From contig JAAOMT010000211.1 in assembly GCA_016748015.1 (NCBI GenBank), forward strand, positions 322,492 through 340,428: a DNA stretch of 17,937 nt, given 5' to 3'. Of the stretch, positions 1 to 9,506 are shown one piece after another (positions within the stretch are counted from its first letter, which is position 1; every line of letters starts with the position of its first letter). Source of the DNA: Geosiphon pyriformis uo1. Its lineage: Eukaryota; Fungi; Glomeromycota. The position numbers and the translations under genes are program-made. Below the pieces are notes generated by a model. That model did no database searches and was not told the origin of the DNA. It saw only the letters and a program-made list of their open reading frames with translations.

Positions 1-690
1 AAATGGGGAAAAAAAAAAAAAAAAAAAAAAGCATTTGAACTCTATTCAAAAGCATCAGAGGCGGGTAATATAAATGTACAATATAATCTTGCACTTTGCT
101 ATGCTAATGGATCGGGAACAACGAAAAATTTAGAAAAAGCATTTAAACTCTATTCAAAAGCAGCAGAGGCAGGTAATACAAAGGCGCAATACAATCTTGT
201 ACTTTGTTATGAAAATAGATGGGGAACGATGAAAAATGAGGAAAAAGCGTTTGAATTCTATTCAAAAGCAACAAAGGCGGGACATACAAATGCACAATTG
301 AATCATGGAAACTGCTATTTAAATGGAAGGGGAATAACGAAATATCAGGAAAAAGTATTTGAACTTCATTCAAAAGCAGCAAAAATGGGAAGTTTGATTG
401 CACAGGTTAAGCTTAGAACATATTATCGAAATAGACAAGAAATAACAAAAGATCAGGAAAAAGTGGGAAGTCTGAGTCTACAAACCAGTATCGGAATGCA
501 TTATCGAAATAGATGGGGAACAAAGAAAAATCGAAAAGGAACATTTGAATTCTATTTAAAAACAGCAGTGGCGGGAAATCAAAATGCACAATATAACCTT
601 GGATGGTGCTATCAAAATGGATGGGGAACCACAATAAACCTAGCAAAAGCAGTTGGACTCTATTTAAAAATAGCAGAAGTAAATAACTGG
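1..690 (+). repeat. Tandem SEL1-like (36 aa / 108 nt) repeat array, about 6.5 units visible
   Basis: The K-A/V/T-F/V motif recurs at 31, 139, 247, 355, 463, 541 and 649, a 108-nt period with one unit 30 nt short. The consensus AQYNLGxCYxNGxGTxKNxEKAFExYxKAAExG is typical of SEL1. Confidence 0.93.
9..30 (+). repeat. A22 homopolymer inside a SEL1 repeat
   Basis: Seen directly. Confidence 0.9.
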
Positions 691-1298
691 TATGATTTTC
701 CTGATTTGGATGTTCATGACCTTACTTCAAAGAATTAAAATCGAGGCTTTAAATACTCCGATAATTTGGAAGGAGAATTTTTAGATTTTGAAGCTTTCTT
801 TGACCAGCTTTCAGATGAATTCAAGTGTCTTAAATGTGGCAACTTGGGTATAATCATTAATGAATCTGCTATATGTTCATTTTGTGATAACAATAAAAAT
901 GATAAAATTATCTTTAACGCCGCCTTGCCGAAATGTCTGGGATGCTATAGTGCATTAAAAGATCCACTTTGGTGTAAATCTTGTGAAGATTCACAATTTT
1001 CAAAGATTTGGGGAACATGGCAGAGTGGAAATGATAATATTAATTATTATATAATATATACACAGCGTAAATCTCAAAACTGCAGAGGCTCCCTGGAATG
1101 GATTTCTCCCGACGAGATCAAATTTTTAGATAAGGTGGGAGAGGGAGGATTTGGTATTGTTAAAGAAGGTAGATGGAAGAAAGGCAGAATTTTATTTTGG
1201 GACAAGAAAATTCAAAAGTATGAACAAACTGGGGTCAAAAGGTTGTTTTAAAATATCTTAAAATTAGCCAAAATATTAAATATATCAATTCAGATGAG

Positions 1299-1376
1299 GT
1301 ATTTCCTTTTAAAAAATTTATGTGATTTTTATTATTATAATTTCTTTTTCTAACACTAAAAGCTATATTTCCATAG
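1299..1376 (+). other. Spliceosomal intron 1 of kinase copy A (78 nt)
   Basis: GAG|GTATTT donor, CTAAC at 1350-1354 and ATAG| acceptor. Removal joins NSDE to FIAHL...ECYGITKD...YIMVL, in frame with ATG 1464. The same intron is present in copy B. Confidence 0.9.
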
Positions 1377-2136
1377 TTTATTGCACATCTTACAAGTGCC
1401 ACCTGCAAATACATTCTTGAATGCTATGGAATAACCAAAGATGTTAAAACCGATGAATATATTATGGTTTTACCATTTGCGGAACACGGGGACCTCAGAG
1501 CTTTTCTCAAGAACGAAACCACTCTTACTTGGGAAATGTTTCTTCATATTCTTTTTCAAATTGCCAGTGGCCTAAGGTTTATACATGAATCAGAACTAGT
1601 GCATGGAGATTTACATCCTGGAAATATCCTTGTTTTGAAAACAAACCCCTTAAAAGTTGTTATTTCCGATCTTGGACTCTGTCGCCCCGCCGATTACTCT
1701 CCATGGTCTAGTAATATTTATGGTATTCTTGAGTATCTCGCATCCGAGATTTGCAAGGGAGCTCCTCATACTAAGTATAGCGATATATACAGCTTTGCTA
1801 TCATTTCATGTAAAATTATATCGGGAGAAAGACCTTTGAATAATACAAATCCTATCCACGTGCTACTTGATGTGATTAAGGGAAAGCGTCCTACAATCAA
1901 GAAACATACACCTCAGTGTATTCAGGAAATGATTGAAAAAAATTGGCATTGTGATCCACAATACCGTAGCACTGCAGAAAAACTTCAACAGATAGTTATT
2001 GCTGCTCGCGATAGCTGTAACTTAAATGAACTCGTCCGTGAGAAAAGACTTAATTCTGAAGAGATAAAAGGTGCTCAACATGATGCAACAAGATATAAAA
2101 GTCAATTAATCTCAAACTTTACATGTTCAATGAGTG
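1377..2136 (+). CDS. Kinase catalytic-core exon of copy A (open frame)
   Basis: Uninterrupted frame with CYGITKD, HGDLHPGN, ISDLGL, YGILEYLASE and SDIYSF, plus the C-terminal RYKSQLI motif. Confidence 0.85.
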
Positions 2137-2202
2137 GTAAGACTTTCATTTATCATATTTAATGGTCAAAGAATTTTTTTGATTTAAGCGTTTTTTTTCC
2201 AG
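2137..2202 (+). other. Probable intron 2 of kinase copy A (66 nt)
   Basis: G|GTAAGA donor and T8-CCAG| acceptor. Splicing gives a short last exon DLDFSISISHTNKNTFNLF* ending at 2261. Copy B has an intron-like segment at the matching position. Confidence 0.65.
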
Positions 2203-3399
2203 ATCTGGATTTTTCTATTAGCATCAGTCATACGAATAAAAACACTTTCAATTTATTTTAAAAATGATATTAATTGTTTTTTATCGATATTTAACTATGA
2301 AATGGTTTGAAACAGATGAATAATTTGAACGAAGAATTGGGTTGTTTATAAAAATTATCATATATGGTTTGATTAGTTAAGGGAATTCATTTTAATTCAC
2401 CTACTCCATTTTTAAATATGAGACTATTATTAATTGTGAACCGTTTTCTTATCAAAACAAATCGATAATCTCCATAAACTGAAGATCAGTAAAACATGGT
2501 CAAATTTTATTATTGTTAATAAAATTTAAATTTCCATAAAAAAATTATTTACTTGAAATAAAAACTTATTTAATTTAGGATTTTTAAACCATTACTTTGC
2601 AATGACAGAAAACTTCACTACAACGGGATAAAAACACTCATTTGAAAAATTATTGTCATGAATTATTTTCATATATATATATTTTTAAACTTAGAATTTT
2701 ACTATTTTTTGTAAATTTCATCTGATTCTATAATTTAATTGAAAACTTTCTCAGTTCATCAAACACTTTTGTATTTAATTTCTGCTAGTTTCTATAATTA
2801 TTAGATTAATTCTCTGGTCTGTTGTTAAAATGTAAATTTTTTCAAGAAAAAGTTTAATAAACTCAAAAGTGTAAAAGGACAATAATATATGATAATAAAA
2901 TTATATATAACTAATTAAACATCAGGCAAATACAGTGAAAAATATCTAGTTTTTTTATCCAGATTTAATACTCTAGAACTTTCCAGGCTGTTTATTCTCA
3001 CTAATATCTTAAACAGTCGATACAAACGGCCTGGTAAAAAATTTTAAGTTAATTTAATACCAAAAGTTTTATTAAATATGAAAGAATCGCATATTAAATT
3101 TATATTAATAAAATCTGTTGCTTTGATCTTTCTAACAATATGTCATAGTGGAATTACGATCAATTTTAAAAGGTAATTTTTTGTCAAAATATATATTGGT
3201 AAGATAATTTTGCAAGCAATTAATTATTATTCTGAAGAATAAAATTAAAGGATTTTCAAAGCAGGTTGTGAACTAATGAATCCGAAAATTTTCTTCAAAC
3301 ATGGGCTTCAGATTTAATAAAAAAATAACATAGAACTGTAAGTTTTAAATTTATTATTAATTTTTATTATTTTATTTCATATTCGAGCCAATAATACCA

Positions 3400-4890
3400 A
3401 ATAGAAAAAAGCTATATATTCAATGATTTTATATTCTATACAAAATTTGATTAAACATTTTAGTCATAAATTATTATATATTCATATTAAATTAAGAATA
3501 AAAATTAAAAAAAATTTAATTTTTGAGCTAAATTTAATTATTAACAATATAATAAAAAGATTTACCATTATTTTATTTAATAAAACTCAGTTTATAATAA
3601 TAGTAAAAATTAAGAATATATAAATAATTAAATTTGTAAAAAAGCTTGTTTTTTTCTATTTAATCTTAATTATCTAATTTTAAAAAAAAAACAGTTTTTT
3701 TTTGATAATTTTTTTATTCAATATTAAAGCTTATAAAAAAATTATTAAAACATGTATTAATAATTTTAAAATTTTATTTAGTTAGAAATAAGTCAATATT
3801 TTGTTAATAGTAAAAGAAAACATTAAAAAATTAAAAAATTTGTTAGTCCGTAGATTATTTTTAGAAATTTTTACTGATAAATTATTTCGAGCTAATCAAT
3901 CATTATACTTTTACATATAAATAGTGCCAAAGTATAAGAAATATTAAGATAATACGAAAAAAATAATTATTAATATTCTATTAAAAAACAAGCCAAAAAA
4001 ATTGCTGTAAATTTACAACCTAATTAAAAAAGTAATTGCCAACAAAAATAAAATATTTGTGTTAAGATTTAATTATCAAAAAAAATAAAACTTTAATAAT
4101 AAAGAATTAAAAATTTCTTTAGCTTTAGTATAACTCTAAAATTGTAATTAGATTATTCTCTTAATTTGAATTGAAAAAGTAATAATTTTTCAATCAAATC
4201 TAATCTGCTAATAACAAAATTTCAAGCATGATAAACAATAAACATATTGCCAAAAAACTTCAGCATTTGAATAAAATTAAAACAAAATATGAAACAAAGC
4301 AGTTCAAATTGAATATTACCAATATAATTGATTTTTACTGTGTTAATAACTATAATAATAATAACAACAACAGCATTGATAATATTTTTAGTGCTAAAAA
4401 AATCAAAGTTATAAGAAATAATTAAGGATAATATTATATATTTACTTTGTTTGGTTTTTTTACAACATACTCCAAATAAGAGTGGTATAAATTTCAAATT
4501 AATCAGACATTGTGATTCTATTTATTAAGCCAAACTATATATTATTAATTGGAAAATATTAAAATAATATTAATTTATTGATAGAATCGAATATTTAATA
4601 AAAACTCAATTTTTCCTTGGATATTACACTACTCGATAAAATAATATTGGATGCTACAATTAATAAGTATTTTACTTTTATTTCAAAATCAAAAAATTTT
4701 TTTATGATTTAAAATCATAAATAGTCAGAAAATTGTTTCAAGAAACATTTTAATTTTAATATGTAAGTGATAGATTATTTAATAAATGTTAAATGCTGAA
4801 AAGTTAATAGTAATACTAGTGATATTAGTGATACTACTGATAGTAATACTGGTGAAACAATATTTTTCATGCTTTATATGATGCTTAAAC
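3400..4890. other. AT-rich tract, probably eroded repeat relics (unidentified)
   Basis: Very low GC and short I/K/N-rich pseudo-ORFs. No motif was recognised with confidence. Confidence 0.35.
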
Positions 4891-4892
4891 CA

Positions 4893-4917
4893 TGTTGTTG
4901 TTGTTGTTGTTATTGTT
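4893..4917. repeat. (TGT)n/(CAA)n microsatellite
   Basis: tgttgttgttgttgttgttattgtt. Confidence 0.85.
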
Positions 4918-4937
4918 CTATAAAAAAATTAAACTAC

Positions 4938-7900
4938 TCATTTAGAAAACTTGCAATGTGACAAACCCAATATCATCTCATCATCTCCAATTGAACCAGC
5001 TTTTTCTATACTCACTTTATAATTAGATTTCACCAGCCAAACTCTACTACAGTGTAGCTCAACAACACTTCTCACAAAATTGACAACAACACCAACAGCC
5101 ACCTTCCTAACTTCAAAAACCTCAACAGCCTCTGAGCACCAATCACCCATAACAAATCCCTTATACAAAACTGAATACAAGCCAACATCTGAAGAACAAT
5201 GACCGAGAAACTGCAGAACAGTAGAAAAGAACAAACCATGAGGACCCACCAAAAAAACCCAAGAAGCAGCAGCCTTAGCAAGGATCTTATCTTAAACACC
5301 AGCATCCATGGCACAAGAAAACACATGATCAGACAACTCCACCTCTTTACACAACAAGCACAGCACACCAAGGTAACTCTTATCATACAACCTCTTTTGA
5401 ACAGTCACAGGGAGTCAATGGTGCACTGCTTTCATTAAATACAACTGCAGCACAGAAGTCTTCTGGCTAGTAGACTCAGTAAGCATGTGTAAGTCAGGGT
5501 GCCACACTTTCGAGGTAGTACTCTAGTCCACACATTCAATCAAACTACTACGAATCACATTATGGTCAGGCCCAGCCTTCCAACGTGCCCAGCACACAGA
5601 CCTAAACATATCCCTAATAAAATAGTGGGTATTGCCAGACATAACTATATTTTCAGCAATTAAAAGCTGTTTTCATACTCCATTGGGCAAGGAAAACCAA
5701 GAACATGCAACAATACCAACAGCAGCATTAGCTTTAATGTTGCCACAAACACCAGAATAATCTTTAACTTTGACCCAACTCATGCTCAAATCTTTCTTTC
5801 TAATCAAATTAAAAATGTAACATTTCTCCATCCAGCATAGAACTTGAAAGTTAGGCACCAGATAAGACAACTTGGAGACACACACATCAATAACAGCTTA
5901 ACTATCAAGGTGTACTGTCACTGCACTAAAAGATGGAACACATTTCAATGCTAAAGCAACAGTCTGCAACTCAGCCAAGGTGGAAGACATCAAACCACGG
6001 ACTCTAATACCAATACTATGGTTGATTGTAGAAAAATATACAGCAGCACTACCAGCAACAATAAAAAAGCCAAAATTTTTCAGCAAACCATCTGTAAAAA
6101 TCTCAAAAGAACTAGACTATAACTTATGTAAATTACTACACAAATCAGAAAACTCCTCAGAAGTCAGAATGTTCAAACCAGAAAGTTGATTGGCTTTAAC
6201 CAGACCAAATAACAAAGCACCATCATTACACAAAAACTTAGACATGAAATTGAACTAATGAAAAACAGATCCTCTTGGGTCAAGTCTTTTCCACTGGTGA
6301 AAAGTTTTCCAATCTATCACATGATCTTTCTTGTCAAGCAACCTATCTCTAAAGGCAACACTGAATCACTTCAAAGAACGAACAGAACCAAAGTAAGAAG
6401 CACTTCTCAGTACCAATGACATAGAAAAATTACCAGAATTATGAAAAGTGCAAGACAAATTATTTGCCAGAAACAGCTTATTACTCAAAAAAATTTTAAC
6501 CACACCAGTCAAAAATTTGTTCACAAGACTAACATGCAACTTGACAGGGAACTGCAGGAGATCCAAAAGAGTCCAATCCAAAATTTGCAAATCCAGGAAT
6601 CTATGATCAAACAAATGTCCCAAAATGTCTAAAGCATTAAAAAACGTGACCACAGCCACTAATTTGCTCTCAGTCTGTATCTGCTCGAAAAATTTTAGGC
6701 CATACAATGAAAGATGATGCAAAGCTGTATCAGAAAAGTCATAAAGAAGACCAGCTTTAAGTTTAAGACTCTTTTTGACCAAGGCATCCCACTTGTGACA
6801 CACATTTAAAGAAACAAAGCTGAATTGAGTACGATAATTGACAATAGACTATAAGACAGCTGAGACTAAATATGAAAACTACTTATTTGTAATAGCCTTC
6901 CTGAGCACTATATTGGCAAAAAAACGAACATCTGAATGAGTCTTGGCCAAACTAGGCTTAGACAAGCTTTCTGTTAACAAAAAAATTCCCAAATATCTGT
7001 GTGTTTTGCCTCTTTTGACAATAGAAATTGGCTGCCCATTAATATTCAGAGAAGCAACCTTAACACTCTGATTAATAGGAATGACTACAGTTTTCTCACT
7101 ATTGATGGAAATATTATTAATCAAAAAGAATTCACTAGTAATGTCCAAGGCATACTGCATTAATGCTTGGCAATCTCCGATCCAAATGGTATTATCAACA
7201 AATACCCCAGCCACAAAAAAAAAAAACATCCCACCACTACTCTCAACTTTGCCAGATTTAGCCACAAACTTAGTATTAATCTGGTATCTACATAAATGCT
7301 CATGCCTTTTAATTTTACACAATAGCAGATCATAAAAAATTCTCCAAAGAAGGGATGAAAAAACCTCACTCTAAATCAAACCATTATGTATCTTATAACC
7401 AATTGAGAGGCCAAAATTGGTTATCACTCTATTAATCTGATCTTCGTAAATACTGCCAAAAAACTTGATAAACCTGTTGCACATCTTAATATGCCATAGG
7501 CTAGCTTTTAAGTGGTGCCAACCAACAAAATCATATGCTTTATGCATATTCTGCAAAACCAATCAAAGTTTCTTATTTTTTTTAAGAGCATCTTCAATTA
7601 CTGATCCAACAGCAAACACCAGAGCTTGAGTAGAGGTACCCTTTAACACTAAAAAATTGTCATCATGGAGAACACCAAACTTGCTACAAGCAAAAGAAAT
7701 TCTATCAGAAAGAATCTTGGAAAAAATCTTCCTGGCTGTTTCAATCAAAGTAATAGAGTGGGTATTCGTAAAAATTCTATCCCAATCATAGGATTTAGGG
7801 ATCATCGAAACTCATGTTTTCTTTCACAAGGCAGGCACTGTATCAACAAAAAGACATTTATTTAATAGCACCAAAAGGCACTCCATCACACTCTTGCCAC

Positions 7901-9506
7901 CATGCTTCTAAAGTTTGTTCGGAATGCTAGACAAGCCAGCAGCTTTACCATCAGGCAGACCACCAACAACTAAAAGCAACTCACTCATGTTAATTGCATC
8001 CATCACACCAGAAAAAGCATTATCTCTAACATAGTTCAATAGTGCATACTGGCGAGTTCAGAGATCAGACAGCGCAGGAGATACCACATATTTCCTTGTC
8101 TAACTTTCTATGATTCTGTTAACATTCAATCTTACTCCATCTGGATCCAATACCAGCTCATCATCAACCACCAAGTGATTTAACACTACCTTCTGAAAGA
8201 ATCTATTCAAAACACTTCTGATCATACTGCCTTTATCTGAACAAAACTTCTTCATGCATTTCTCAATAGCTGCTCTGATAGAAGCCTCCTGTGCCAATTT
8301 TGATTCATATATTTTGGACTTTCTATACCTTTTTCTGACAATTGACAAATATTTAAGAATGTTCATCATTTTTTGATTAACATAAACCATGTCCCTTAAC
8401 ACAAAAGCCTTATCAGCATCCAAAGTTGACCATTTTTTAACAAAGTGATTGAACCTAACAGCATTATCAGATTCCAACCTCTTGACAATTTTGGCAACCA
8501 ACAACTCCAAATCCAGAAATTTAGAAAACTGCATATTTTTTGAACACTAAAAATCACTGAACCAAAGCCTAAAAAAGATCTTATCTGCAGAGCCCACCAA
8601 CACTCCTTCCAATAGTGACCACATAGTGTTTAAATCATGACCCACAGCTGCAGCAAAAAACCTATTCTTTATCATCAGAATCCTGGTGGAGGAGCAATCT
8701 CTAAAGCAAGACCACCCAATACTGTCTGCATCCTTAATTTTAAACTTCCAACAATCCTTGTTAGTTTGTTTGTGCAGACCATTCAACTGAACATCCAGAA
8801 GCCTACTCAGACTGACCAATACCACCATAGCATTGTGATCTGTATCAAAAAAATCAGAAACAGAACTGACTCAACATTTCGCAATAGTGAAAAATAGACT
8901 CTCACTAATAAAAATGTAATCAATGATCCTCACAGCACCTCTTGAATTGCACCACATAGGAGCCATAATCAAATGATGGCCATTAAACAAATTAACCAGA
9001 TCTAGACTCGAGCAGAACTTGAAACTTGCACTTCTTCCAGACCTGCACTCATTAAAATTCCCATCCAAGACCAGAAAAGTACTGGTATTAACAGTTTTAG
9101 CAATAATAAAGTTAACCTCAGATGTTTGCCCAAAATGGATGCCAGCAGAAGCACCAGTGTACAAACTGAGAACAGACACTGAGAGCTTGTCTTTGAACAG
9201 AAGCTGCACCAAAATGACCTGACCAGGAACCACCTCAATCTTAGAAACATGACAAGCCAAAAAATTGTTTATGACAATAGCAATACCAGCACCAAAATAC
9301 CCCTCATCTAAACCAGAAGTAAAAATTCGAACTTCAACATATTTATTCTTGATCCAAAGTCCAGAGAAAGACCTCAACTTTGTTTCAGTAATAAAAGAAA
9401 CTGTATTTCCAGAACTCATATGTCAGTGAACAACATTCACTTGCTTTGCAGGAACATTGATACCCCGAACATTGCACATAGCAAATTTCCAAATCAAACC
9501 ACTTAT
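4938..9506 (-). pseudogene. LINE ORF2 polyprotein (EN-RT-RNase H-CCHC) with multiple in-frame stops
   Basis: EN: CNVRGIN, ITETKL, DGNFN, IDYIF. RT: ITLIETARKIFSK, QNMHKAYD, FSPLLWRIFYD, FVDNTIW at about 7182-7202. RNase H: FTDG at about 6090, AELQ, LDS, KVKDYSGVCGN. CLLCKEVELSDHVFSC at 5313-5360. ORF pieces starting at 9419, 8828, 8534, 7805, 7562, 7322, 6803, 6086, 5885 and 5252 all share one frame. Confidence 0.92.

Larger units (their letters stand above)
539..2160 (+). repeat. Left arm of a long inverted duplication
   Basis: The reverse complement of the window end (17937 downward) matches from 539 onward, with a coordinate sum of 18476 up to about 1000. Similarity fades in intron 2. The arm probably extends further 5', but its partner leaves the window. 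Confidence 0.95.
1..2261 (+). pseudogene. SEL1-repeat / Cys-rich / TKL-like protein kinase gene, copy A (5' end outside the window; probably disabled)
   Basis: Frame 1 is open from base 1 to TAA 736-738 and encodes SEL1 repeats. It resumes in the same frame with CxxC motifs, the WCxxC...SGN motif and the G-loop GEGGFG. A 1-nt deletion at about 1237 (versus copy B) shifts the frame just before the VxLK lysine. After intron 1299-1376 come HGDLHPGN, SDLG, YLASE and SDIYS. A probable last exon is 2203-2261. Confidence 0.85.

Noticed and set aside
143-646. Minus-strand ORFs 143-403 and 413-646 with internal repetition
   Set aside because: Antisense shadows of the SEL1 array.
1-690. Regular 108-nt periodicity as a possible CRISPR-like array
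   Set aside because: The units are degenerate, in frame and encode SEL1 repeats; there is no repeat-spacer structure and the context is eukaryotic.
690-784. Intron GTATGA(690)...TTAG(784) to bypass the shared stop
   Set aside because: Splicing creates TGA at the junction and shifts the frame.
3423-4497. I/K/N/F-rich ORFs 3423-3623, 4222-4497 and 4228-4425
   Set aside because: Compositional products of AT-rich DNA with no recognisable domain.
4893-4917. (CAA)n as the LINE 3' tail
   Set aside because: ORF2 seems to lack its last about 45 codons relative to the ghost copy and no target-site duplication was found, so this is not supportable.
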